The notes beneath the pieces were generated by a model. It made no database searches, was not told where the DNA came from, and saw only the letters and a program-made list of their open reading frames with translations. Below are positions 37,401 through 46,168 of a stretch of 64,000 nt of DNA, piece by piece. Each line of letters starts with the position of its first letter. Positions within the stretch are counted from its first letter, which is position 1. The DNA lies in the IMG/VR virus record IMGVR_UViG_3300014205_009256, positions 1-64,000 of that record. One strand, written 5' to 3'. Source of the DNA: a virus. Lineage: Duplodnaviria > Caudoviricetes. The position numbers were made by a program, and so were the translations under genes.

Positions 37401-38111
37401 GACTGTCACAGCACTTCCAATATCAAATTCCTGTGTCTCACGGTAAGCGCGGAAGTTGCGAATGGCCACGCTCTTCAACTGAATTGGCGATGCCGTTTCA
37501 CCAACAATTTGCGGTTGTAACTCGGGAGTTGGTCCCAATGAATGCGGTTCGCCAAATTGCCCAATGAGACAGTCCTGCACGATTCGCCCTGCACTTCTAG
37601 TGTGTGGGGCAACAAGATACCTCGCCAAATCAGTGGGCATCCCATATTGATGAAGCAGTGCCAATGCGGACGGAGGACGCAACGAAACATCGTGAAGTGG
37701 TGTCAACGGCAGGAATGGCAAGCGTGACACTGATGGTGGTACGTGAGATGATAATCGCAGAACGAACTTTCGACAGAAAAATACGTCCGTCTCAATCTGC
37801 GACCACAACCGCTCAATGCCTTTGAGTTCCGGGTTTATGCAGAGCACAAAGGCCAAGTCGAATCTGTCCCACTCACCTTTGGATTCCCTGTATTTACGTT
37901 TGAATGCTCCAATCAGTGATTCGTAGCTCGCCATCAGGTCGGAGCCAGCAAATCCGAAGGCGGTCCTCAAGTACTGGGTGCTTAACAACAAGAGTGGTTG
38001 TTGCGCATCGTCCACGGCGAGCTTCTCGGTCTTTGCGCCGGGAAGAACGCTTTTCAAATGCTCCGTTAGGGCGTCTTGGGTTGCCATCGTATCACGAGGA
38101 AAGGGCGTCAT
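34482..38111 (-). CDS. Rad50/SbcC-like SMC ATPase with an extra ~200-aa N-terminal domain (LmuB-like)
   Basis: GPNGFGKTS Walker A, long coiled coil, CPLCG zinc hook, FSQSQ signature, VFLDDP Walker B. Confidence 0.88.
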   Translation of the reverse strand: MTPFPRDTMATQDALTEHLKSVLPGAKTEKLAVDDAQQPLLLLSTQYLRTAFGFAGSDLMASYESLIGAFKRKYRESKGEWDRFDLAFVLCINPELKGIERLWSQIETDVFFCRKFVLRLSSHVPPSVSRLPFLPLTPLHDVSLRPPSALALLHQYGMPTDLARYLVAPHTRSAGRIVQDCLIGQFGEPHSLGPTPELQPQIVGETASPIQLKSVAIRNFRAYRETQEFDIGSAVTVLYGPNGFGKTSFFDAIDFAVTGGIGRFEPADDARFLRLTQHLDASGEDGAVDLQVVQGDHTLKLSRKLAERKNALLDNNMADRKAVLSAVTGLQSSSRIEHMVSLFRATHLFSQEQQELMREFQNDCRLPAEIVSRMLAFDDYTNALSKSLGVQEVINSELVSKSNALEALEDLIAQDKNNIAKLQRSAEAAGNVATLDDELAQLQGRLQEQGIAKPDEKPDATVLRGWRAALESRIAQTQSYRDRLSSLSHELAENKDTHAELKRVDEHLKDGGHRRSTLDANARQRATERDECAKQLSNEQSQLASALQLAEAWDWCQEKRSDYARFLQDRKLLTDTIGRAQAELYNARQEVARAQIDQQRVQGEVTQMGERVTKQEGALSQLGRIATDLLRLQANLDRQKRLETLVQTLITTRDLAATKADQLHHLLAKAQSEEQILARTVAQTEQNQSEFKSLLLALQSHIVDGICPLCGEEHESKDHLLSRISQRLQSDEASSAREELLVVAEAVKRMHAQITGIKDEQRMTEERLETVRSDLMEVKTDTNAILASARSVGIVVDGEAQSAIAQLHHQIAVDEATLLGLRESSETAKMKSAQSAAACESAANVVVALERTLRDYDARMILLRDEIKLLTDDARFSRAPLDSGDAVLVEQGRQAHSDVSNHRTAVKNLQARLSVVDGSIRQCVDERKTMDQELATLRLQHATLREKWSRLVGRLADLNLTEPVTEESILEIVRARTRTQAELESLRDTTRDLEMAVDAAMTAAALGNVRDTIRTRQTEVERLRKEKTKIEPWLQHFGSIHQVLSQQQHKAIARFTQEYGPRASVIQQRLRAVYGFDDIDIESVQGTIKVQVNRNNKKYRPTDYFSQSQQQTLLLGLFLTACISQNWSSLAPVFLDDPVTHFDDLNTYAFLDLLLGLLQDEREKRQFIISTCDAKLFQLARQKFRHFGDRAIFYRFSAIGSEGPTVERI

Positions 38112-39882
38112 TGAACCCTCCTGATATATCGTTTGCAGTATTTGCGGTCCGAAACAGCGTCAACAGATTCTGGTAGCCAAAATGAAACATTCCGCTCCAC
38201 GGATCAGTAATGTCGCGGTCAGTTTGCACCTGCTGCGCCAGCCGCGTGAGGAAGTTGCCGTAGACTTGAAGCCATTCCGTGTTGTCAGGATCACGGGTTA
38301 CGAGAAGCATAGGTCGGTTTGGTGATAGCGCGAGTTGTTGCGCGTGCGTAATGCATTTCTCATGAGTCTGCCCGGTAACTGCGAGAACATCTACTACAAC
38401 GCCTCGAATTTCGATGGACGCGTGTACGCTACCAACACCCACCGACAACACCTCGAAGCCGACACGCAGAATATCGACTGAGTTGAGAACGTGTTGCAAA
38501 GCGCTGGATTCCGCGTCCCGCCATTCGTCTGCCGTTGCCGCTGTCGCTCCTTGGGTCGCCATCTTTATTACGTGATTTACGTCCATGGCGCTGATAGATC
38601 TCAACGACAGAACATTGCTCCCATGAGCGTCAGCGACTTGGGCCACAAGAGGCGCGTTCCCATATTGGTCCGAGAGCTTGGGAATCTCGTCAAGCTCGTC
38701 ATTAAACCATTTCACGCAGGCTGGCACCTCGGCTCCGGGCGCTCGAACATCCCGTTGACCACCCACTGGATAAACCCGTGCATACTCCAATGGCAGTGCG
38801 CGTCCTCCTGCGCCAGGAACTAGTGAGCCAGGGTTGACTAACGCGAAGGAGTGGATGCATGCACCTCCTTCACGAAAGTAATTGTCACATAACGTATTCA
38901 GTATCTCGCTGCCACCTCGATACCGCGTGCCGGCGGCGGCATAGGTTGGAACGCACGTCGGATCACAAAACCCCGAACGATTTGAGAAAACCACACTGCA
39001 ACCACCGTAGGTCGTCACACGCGATGGTTTTGGAGCGCCCGCGTTGTTTGCAAAAACGATCCCGGCTCGATCTCGCAGGGCGTTAGGAAATTGTGTCTGA
39101 TCGAAGAAACGTGTCACTTCGGTCAGGAATGCTGTATGGGATGGCTTCTTGTTGCGTTGAATGACAAAAAGCCAAGACAGAGGCAACTGGCAGCCGATCG
39201 CCTCGTCATGGATCGCCCGCAGTAACCAGTCGGGAGCTCTGAGCATATCAATAGTAGATACCCAGTCAAAGCAGATGAGCGTACCGAAGCGAAATGGTGT
39301 TTCGTTGTCCAATAGTCCCTTGAACAAGAAAATGGAATGCCCCTTAAACATGTACTGGTAGTTGGTGTCCATTTCCGGCCAAGCAGGATGCAGCTTAGGT
39401 TGAACCCATCGTTCAACAACACCTTCAGCGGATTTGATCCACGTGACTGCGCAGTTAACCCATTCATCCGTTTGAACATGAACAGGACCGTTACGACCTT
39501 CGTCAACGTGCGTATTTTCCTCATTCAGTATCTGTGTATATTCTTCGCGGGTTAGAGCGTCGACACCTCCCACCACGACAGTAGCACAGGGCCACTCTGC
39601 CTCGGAAATGGCGTCTTCAATTAATTGGATACCATCAATGCCGGGGATTGAGTATTCAGGAAATAGCGTAAAGTGTGTTTTTTCGCAATGGTGAGATGGA
39701 TTCTTGGAAATGGCCAGCACCTCTCTGATCATAGCCATCTGTTGTGGTTTTGATTCTACTGTGCAACGAAAAGGCTCCGCCGCTGTTAGTGTGACATATG
39801 GCTGCGCTACCACAACGCCAACGCGATCCGCTGGCAGTATCACGCCACGCAGGGAAAGATCGATTGTCTCGATGTGGATCAT
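38092..39882 (-). CDS. carbon-nitrogen hydrolase (nitrilase)-fold protein, putative defence effector
   Basis: Triad-like motifs LFPEYS (E), VQPKLHP (K), LICFDW (C); overlaps the ATPase gene by 20 bp. Confidence 0.7.
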   Translation of the reverse strand: MIHIETIDLSLRGVILPADRVGVVVAQPYVTLTAAEPFRCTVESKPQQMAMIREVLAISKNPSHHCEKTHFTLFPEYSIPGIDGIQLIEDAISEAEWPCATVVVGGVDALTREEYTQILNEENTHVDEGRNGPVHVQTDEWVNCAVTWIKSAEGVVERWVQPKLHPAWPEMDTNYQYMFKGHSIFLFKGLLDNETPFRFGTLICFDWVSTIDMLRAPDWLLRAIHDEAIGCQLPLSWLFVIQRNKKPSHTAFLTEVTRFFDQTQFPNALRDRAGIVFANNAGAPKPSRVTTYGGCSVVFSNRSGFCDPTCVPTYAAAGTRYRGGSEILNTLCDNYFREGGACIHSFALVNPGSLVPGAGGRALPLEYARVYPVGGQRDVRAPGAEVPACVKWFNDELDEIPKLSDQYGNAPLVAQVADAHGSNVLSLRSISAMDVNHVIKMATQGATAATADEWRDAESSALQHVLNSVDILRVGFEVLSVGVGSVHASIEIRGVVVDVLAVTGQTHEKCITHAQQLALSPNRPMLLVTRDPDNTEWLQVYGNFLTRLAQQVQTDRDITDPWSGMFHFGYQNLLTLFRTANTANDISGGFNDALSS

Positions 39883-40086
39883 TGCCAGCTGTTTCCCATG
39901 GGAAGGCGGTATCTTCAGAAAGGGAACGCCTGCCCACCTTGTTAAGTCAACACCCCCAGCTAAGTACCGCATCGCTGGTTGACAGGCATTGTAATAGGAA
40001 AACCGGTCTTTGACAGGTAGAGGGAGCGGCCCATGCTGACCAAGGGCAGGTCGTTGCGGGCGTCGCCATGCAACGGCAGCCGCTGC

Positions 40087-40320
40087 TTAGACAGACGGTT
40101 TCACGTCAACGTATTCCGCTAGGCGAAGGGCCTTTCTGATCTCGGTCCCGTATGACTCGTTGATGCCGGCCGCGATAGCGATGGTTTTGCATGCAACCCC
40201 CGCAGCTGCAATTTCCCGAGCATACTTGATGCCGAAGAGGTGGATCATGACGACATGGTCTCCATCCGGAGCATTGTGGTACATGGCGTGCAACTGAGAT
40301 GCTAATTCTTGTAAGGTCAT
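40087..40320 (-). CDS. small HTH-like protein translationally coupled to the type ISP gene
   Basis: 77 aa, MIHLFGIKYA...AGI..SY.TEI.K; ATGA overlap. Confidence 0.7.
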   Translation of the reverse strand: MTLQELASQLHAMYHNAPDGDHVVMIHLFGIKYAREIAAAGVACKTIAIAAGINESYGTEIRKALRLAEYVDVKPSV

Positions 40321-43300
40321 GCGGGTCTCTCATTCAGCGCCGGTAATGCGTTGACGATCTTCATGGTTTCGATGCTGACGCGTGTGACACGGGCGATCAG
40401 ATCGACGATGTAGCGCGGGTTGTCGTGTTCCCTGCACCAGTCGTTGGGATCGTTGACGATGCCGCTGTCCTTGTCGCGGGTGACTTGATACCGCTCCATG
40501 ATCCATTCGAGGGCGGGCTTGCCGTTGACCACATACTCATATGCCTCCAGCGGTATGTGCGAAATGGTGAGATGGCTGTTGTAGATGATCCGCGTCTTGT
40601 CGTATTTGTCACCCGCCTCTTTCTGCTCGGCACTGGGGCGGGCGAAGGTCATCTTCTTCACTTTGAAAAGCTCGTCGGGGTCGAGAGCCAGTTTGTCCAC
40701 GTTCTCCACCAGCGGCCACGGCTCGACGGTTTCGTAATTCAAATGCCACTCGGCCAGTGACCGGCCCGCCTTGCTGAATGCCCAGAAATCTTCCGTCTCT
40801 TTCGTCAGCGGAATGCGCGGCAGCATCTTCTTCAGGTCAGCCGCGAAACGCTCCCGATATTCAGGACTGTGCAGAATGCCATAGACGTAATAGAAGATGT
40901 CCTCTTTGCTCACCTTTTTGCCGTAAGCATTGCGGAACGTTTTCAGTATCCCATCCGTGATCGCATCCCGACGACGATAGCCGTCAATGATCTCGCCGTC
41001 ATCGAAGCCCAGCTTGCCGATGTCTTCGACCTTCTCGTAGAGGTAGAGGGGGAAGCATTGACCTTTTGAAATCAGTTCGTAGTCCGGCAGTGTGTCCACC
41101 ATCAACGTCGAGAACTCTTTTGTAGACCCACGGCTGTCAACGCTTATAGCAAGGTTCGGATGTCGTCCTTGAGGAAACAGCGAAGGGATGCGCGCCGGAT
41201 ATTCATTTAATGTTCTGTCATAATAAAGCCATTGCTTGGCATAAGGCCGATAGATGCTTTGAAGTGCCGCGTCAGACCGAAACTCGATTGTGTTGCCGGA
41301 TACAAGGTCGTTCTTAAGCCCGCGTGACCAAGAGATGCGTTTGGGGTCGGTACATATCGCCGAATTGATCGCATCGGCTCGCTTCGATTTATCCATGCCT
41401 ACGATAATCTCGGAAACGACTATCAAGTCGGCGGAGTATGTATCGAGCATGCGCCGTACATTGGCATTGAGCGCTTCCCTGCCGAAGTTGTAACACCACT
41501 TGTCTCTGGCCGTTAGCAGCCCTTGTGTGTAGTCAGCAAAATACGGTGTACCTGTCTCGTCGCGCTTGTTGCCCAAAGGAGTGAACAACTCGAACGCCGG
41601 ATCGCGTTGGTTGATCCAGTCGTGTTCGGGATTGGGTTTGATCTTCGTCCACTTGGCTTGCTTGGCGAGGCCGTCGATGCTGGCGAAGCGACGGATGATT
41701 TTGAGTTTTTCATCGCGGCTGAGGTAGTCGCCGATGTCGTGGTAGTGAAGTTTGCACTTGCTCTTGTGGGCGGGGTTTTTGATAAGGAGTGTGATGGCGA
41801 TGGGAGCGCGGGAGCCGGAGCCAAAGATTTTGCCGCCTTCCTGTCGGGAGGTTTCGCCGGAAGTGCGCTGATTGCCGCGCAAGTTGAAAATATAGACGCT
41901 GGTGAATTCGTCGGCGAGGCAGGCGCGGAGGCCATCCATGTTATTGGCGTCGATGAATGAGCCGTTCGTGACGAAGCCGACGACGCCCTTGTCATTGATA
42001 CGGTCGCTGGCCCAGCGGATGGCGCGGATATAGCTGTCGTATAGGTTTTTGACGTTTGGGGCGTTCGATTTGTCAGCGTAGGTTCCGCGGATCCGGGAGT
42101 CGAGGGCCGGGTAATCAAGATTGGCGTTGTCGTCGTTCGCGCTCTGCTGCTGAGCCGAGTACGGCGGATTGGCGATGACAACCCGGATGGGGCTTTGTTG
42201 CTGGCGCTTCGCGCGTTTGGAGTTTTCGGGGAAAGTGCCGGCGATCTGGCCTTGTTTGGCTTCGTAAAGTTGGAAGGTATCTGTGAGCACAATCCCCTCA
42301 AAGGGTTCGTATTGCGTCTTTTTCTCGTCCGTGGTCATCAGGCCGTGGAAGGTTTCTTCGATGTTGATGGCGGCGATGTAGTAGGCGAGGAGGACGATTT
42401 CGTTGGCGTGGAGTTCGTTCTTGTATTTGTGGAGGAGTTTGTCGGGGGGGATGAGGCCGGATTGCAGGAGGCGGACAAGGAACGTGCCGGTTCCGGTGAA
42501 GGGGTCGATGATGTGGACATCTTTTTCACCAAGCCCGGAGTTGAACTCGTCGCGGAGAATGTCCTGTACGGAATGGATGATGAAATCGACGACCTCAACG
42601 GGGGTATAGACGATGCCCAGCCGTTCGGCCATGCGGGGGAAGGCGTTCTTGAAAAACTCTTCGTACAGTTCGATGACGACTTTCTGGCGGGCTTCGGCGT
42701 TGTCCAGACCCTTGGCGCGGTCGCGGACGGATTCGTAAAACTTTTCGAGGGTGGAAGCTTCCTTCTCGATGGACTTTTCATGCAGAAGGTCCAGCATTTT
42801 CTGCATCGACTGGCTGACGGGGTTGTGGGCTGTGAAAGTGTAGTGGGCGAACAGCGCATCGAAGACGGGTTTGGTGATCGAATGCTGCGCGAGCATTTCG
42901 ATGGCATCTTCACGCGAGACGGCGGGGTTGAGGTTTTGTTGCAGACCTTGGAGAAACTCGGCGAAGGCCTGTTTATGCGGCGAATGCTTGTCGTCGATGA
43001 GTGCTTTGATGCGGGTGATATGTTGTTCGGCGATGCGGGCAATGTCACGGGCCCAGGTTTCCCAATAGGCACGGTCGCCGCACTTCTTGACCATCTTGGC
43101 GTAGATGGCGTCTTTCCATTCGTCGAGGTGGGGGAAGGCGAATGCGCCCTGAATCTCGCGGAGCTTGGGTTTGGAATCACCTGATGATTTCGGCGTGTCA
43201 GATGCCTCACGCGGGTCGCCCACGCCGATGACTTGGATGTTGTCGGGGCGGTTTCTGTTCAGTTCGATCTGGTTGATGGTGGCATTGAAGCGGTCGTCAT

Positions 43301-45266
43301 GGGCGCGAAGGGCTTGGAGGACTTGCCAGACGACTTTGTATTTCTCGTTGTTTTTGAGGGCATCTTCGGGCTTCATGTCGGCGGGGATGCCGATGGGCAG
43401 GATGATGTAGCCGAAGCGTTTGCCTTCGGCGCGACGCATGACCCGGCCGACGGATTGGACAACGTCGATGACGGAATTTCGGGGATTGAGGAACATGACC
43501 GCGTCGAGTGCGGGGACATCGACGCCTTCCGAAAGACAGCGGGCATTGGAAAGGATGCGGCAGGTGTTGGCGGGCGATTCGGCTTTGAGCCAGTCCAGTA
43601 AAGCGCCGCGTTCAAGGGCGTTGTAGGTGCCATCCACATGGTCGGCTTCGACGACAAGTAGATTGTCGGCGTCGGGGTGTTCTTCTTTGTAGGCGTCGAT
43701 GATCTGGCCAAACTTGGCGACAAAGGCCTCGGAGTCTTTGATGGAGCGTGAAAAGGCGACGGCGCGGCGCATGGGTTGGACATCGCCTTGGAAGTCAACA
43801 TCGGCGCTGGCGGCTTCAAATCGCTTTTCGAGGCCGTTCCAGCAGCCGGTGATACGGGTCGCATCGTCGAGATTGAGTTCGCTGTTTTTGTCGGCGATTT
43901 GTTTCTGGAAAGTTTCCGCAACGTATTTTTCATCTACGGCAAGGACGAGGACTTTGTAGTCGGACAGGAGGGATTTGCCGACTGCTTGACCGAATCCGAG
44001 GCGGTGGAGTTCCAGACCGAACAGGGCCGGGTCATCCATCGAGGCGAGTTCGGCGGCGGCGTCTTTGGCTTTTGATTTGGCATCGTCGCCGTAGATGCGA
44101 GGGGTGGCGGTCATGTAGAGGCGCTTGGCCGATTTGATGAAGTTCGCATCGTGGACTTTAACGAAATGGGATTCGTCTTCGCCGGTGAGAGTGACGCCGG
44201 TGGTGCGGTGGGCTTCGTCGCAGATGATGAGGTCGAAGTCGGGCAGGCCTGATTTCTGGGCTTGGGAGACGGCATCAATGGATTGGTAGGTTGAAAACAC
44301 GACGGTCATTTGTGAGTCGGCCTTGGGCTTGGCGGACTTGCTGGTGAGGATTTTGTATTGGGTGACAAGTTGCCGGGCGTTGGTGGTAGCGGGGAAGGCG
44401 AGGTCGTGGACGGTGATATCTTCGTTGTCGTCCTTGGACTTTTCACGGCGCTTGCCGATGTTGATGTCCGAGCAGACAGCGAGGGCGTGAATCGGATGCT
44501 CGGCTTCGGCGGTCCACTCGCGGAGAGATTGTGAAAGCAGAGATAGCGAGGGGACAAGGAACAGGATTCGCCCGCTGGGTGCGAGGGTTTCGGCGATCTT
44601 GAGCGACGTGAAGGTTTTGCCGGTGCCGCAGGCCATGATGAGTTTGCCTCGGTCGGCAGTGGCCAGGCCTTGGATCACATCGTCAAGCGCATGTTTCTGA
44701 TGTTCGCGGAGCTTCTTTTTGGGCAGGAGTTCGAGGTCTTGCGGGCGTTTGGCATCAAAGCGGGACCAGTTGATGGGACTTGCTTCAAGGTCGTGGATGC
44801 TCAGGCGGGTAACGGGTTTGGTCTGATGGTTGAGTGCATCTTCGGCGTTCGTTCCCCATTTGTCGGTGGTTGAGACGATGATGCCGGATGTGAACTGTTC
44901 CCGGCCCATGGCTGTGAAGAATGAGTCAATGTCGCCCTTGGCGAGGGTGTGTTCGGGGAGGTAGAACTTGCATTGGATGGCGATGTATTCACCGGTGGCG
45001 CGATCGCGTGCGACAAGGTCGATGCCAACATCGCCGACGTTGCCTTTGTCGGGCCATTCGTTCCACATCCAGACTTTGGAGAAGCGATCAGCGTAGATGG
45101 GATCGAGTTCAAAGAACCGGACCATCAGGCGTTCAAAGCGGTCGCCAAGATCGCGGTTGGTTCGTGCTTCGGTGCGGAGTTGGTCGAGGATTCTGTTGAG
45201 ATTTGTGCTCAAAGTTGCCTGCCATCCATGGTCGGGTCCATCGGTGTCACTTTCATTCATGACCAC
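40317..45266 (-). CDS. type ISP restriction-modification enzyme (LlaGI/LlaBIII-like: Mrr-like nuclease, SF2 helicase, N6-MTase, TRD)
   Basis: GIDLVA...IQCKF, MACGTGKT, DEAH, IDPFTGTG, ANPPY in one 1649-aa ORF. Confidence 0.93.
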   Translation of the reverse strand: MVMNESDTDGPDHGWQATLSTNLNRILDQLRTEARTNRDLGDRFERLMVRFFELDPIYADRFSKVWMWNEWPDKGNVGDVGIDLVARDRATGEYIAIQCKFYLPEHTLAKGDIDSFFTAMGREQFTSGIIVSTTDKWGTNAEDALNHQTKPVTRLSIHDLEASPINWSRFDAKRPQDLELLPKKKLREHQKHALDDVIQGLATADRGKLIMACGTGKTFTSLKIAETLAPSGRILFLVPSLSLLSQSLREWTAEAEHPIHALAVCSDINIGKRREKSKDDNEDITVHDLAFPATTNARQLVTQYKILTSKSAKPKADSQMTVVFSTYQSIDAVSQAQKSGLPDFDLIICDEAHRTTGVTLTGEDESHFVKVHDANFIKSAKRLYMTATPRIYGDDAKSKAKDAAAELASMDDPALFGLELHRLGFGQAVGKSLLSDYKVLVLAVDEKYVAETFQKQIADKNSELNLDDATRITGCWNGLEKRFEAASADVDFQGDVQPMRRAVAFSRSIKDSEAFVAKFGQIIDAYKEEHPDADNLLVVEADHVDGTYNALERGALLDWLKAESPANTCRILSNARCLSEGVDVPALDAVMFLNPRNSVIDVVQSVGRVMRRAEGKRFGYIILPIGIPADMKPEDALKNNEKYKVVWQVLQALRAHDDRFNATINQIELNRNRPDNIQVIGVGDPREASDTPKSSGDSKPKLREIQGAFAFPHLDEWKDAIYAKMVKKCGDRAYWETWARDIARIAEQHITRIKALIDDKHSPHKQAFAEFLQGLQQNLNPAVSREDAIEMLAQHSITKPVFDALFAHYTFTAHNPVSQSMQKMLDLLHEKSIEKEASTLEKFYESVRDRAKGLDNAEARQKVVIELYEEFFKNAFPRMAERLGIVYTPVEVVDFIIHSVQDILRDEFNSGLGEKDVHIIDPFTGTGTFLVRLLQSGLIPPDKLLHKYKNELHANEIVLLAYYIAAINIEETFHGLMTTDEKKTQYEPFEGIVLTDTFQLYEAKQGQIAGTFPENSKRAKRQQQSPIRVVIANPPYSAQQQSANDDNANLDYPALDSRIRGTYADKSNAPNVKNLYDSYIRAIRWASDRINDKGVVGFVTNGSFIDANNMDGLRACLADEFTSVYIFNLRGNQRTSGETSRQEGGKIFGSGSRAPIAITLLIKNPAHKSKCKLHYHDIGDYLSRDEKLKIIRRFASIDGLAKQAKWTKIKPNPEHDWINQRDPAFELFTPLGNKRDETGTPYFADYTQGLLTARDKWCYNFGREALNANVRRMLDTYSADLIVVSEIIVGMDKSKRADAINSAICTDPKRISWSRGLKNDLVSGNTIEFRSDAALQSIYRPYAKQWLYYDRTLNEYPARIPSLFPQGRHPNLAISVDSRGSTKEFSTLMVDTLPDYELISKGQCFPLYLYEKVEDIGKLGFDDGEIIDGYRRRDAITDGILKTFRNAYGKKVSKEDIFYYVYGILHSPEYRERFAADLKKMLPRIPLTKETEDFWAFSKAGRSLAEWHLNYETVEPWPLVENVDKLALDPDELFKVKKMTFARPSAEQKEAGDKYDKTRIIYNSHLTISHIPLEAYEYVVNGKPALEWIMERYQVTRDKDSGIVNDPNDWCREHDNPRYIVDLIARVTRVSIETMKIVNALPALNERPA

Positions 45267-45430
45267 GTTCTATCCAATAAAAGAGATTAGTCAACCATTC
45301 TACCCACGAACCCGGTAGTTAACAGATAGAGGAATCTGCATCGTGCCGATTCCCGACATTCTGTTGCCAGGCAGCGCCCCGGTCCCCAAGGGAAGGTCGT
45401 TGCGGGCATCGCCTCTCATGGAGAGCGCCG

Positions 45431-45643
45431 ATGGCTACCCGCACTGATCCGACCGACCCCGCCAATCTCACCTCCAGCGAACGCCTCACGGAAGTCGCCG
45501 CAATTCTCGCGGCGGGCATCATCCGCCTGCGCCGGCGCGCTGCGCTATCTGCCGCTCAAGGCGATTCACAGATTCCTCCGGAATCCGGCCAGAATGGCCT
45601 TGATGTCTGTCCCGAATTCCGGCTTCATGGACAACGTGGTTAA
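45431..45643 (+). CDS. small hypothetical protein upstream of DUF2924
   Basis: P..LT..ERL.EVA.ILA.G..RL, typical of DUF2924-recombinase loci; GGAG RBS. Confidence 0.7.
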   Translation: MATRTDPTDPANLTSSERLTEVAAILAAGIIRLRRRAALSAAQGDSQIPPESGQNGLDVCPEFRLHGQRG

Positions 45644-45664
45644 CGCCACAGATAGGAGTTTCCA

Positions 45665-46168
45665 ATGACGATGACTATGAAAAGCGAACTGGCGGCCCTG
45701 GTGCAGATGACGCCGCGTCAGCTCCGCGACAAATACATGGAACTGTTCGGCGAACCCAGCCGGTCGGGCAACAAAGATTTCCTGCGCAAACGACTGGCCT
45801 GGCGGCTGCAATCGCTGGCCGAGGGCACGCTATCTGAGCGGGCACGGCAGCGGGCGGTGGAATTGGCCCATCATGCCGACATTCGTATGACGATGCCACG
45901 TCCGCCGCAGACCACCGCCGGTGCGGCCACAACGACCAAAACCGCCCCGACGCGCCGTGACGAACGTGTGCCCATTCCCGGCACCGAATTGACTCGCGAA
46001 TACAAGGGGCGTTTGATCACCGTCATGGTGCTGGCCAAGGGGTTTGAGTGGGATGGCAAGGTGTACCGGTCCCTCAGCGCCGTGGCCAAGGCGGTGACCG
46101 GGTCGCATTGGAGCGGCCACCTGTTCTTCAACCTGAGCAATGGAGTGTGCGATGTCGAAAAAGCGTAA
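45665..46168 (+). CDS. DUF2924 domain protein
   Basis: LR.KY.ELFGE...L..RLAWRLQ; PGT.L.REYKG; G..Y.SLSAVA..VTG.HWSG..FF. Confidence 0.9.
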   Translation: MTMTMKSELAALVQMTPRQLRDKYMELFGEPSRSGNKDFLRKRLAWRLQSLAEGTLSERARQRAVELAHHADIRMTMPRPPQTTAGAATTTKTAPTRRDERVPIPGTELTREYKGRLITVMVLAKGFEWDGKVYRSLSAVAKAVTGSHWSGHLFFNLSNGVCDVEKA

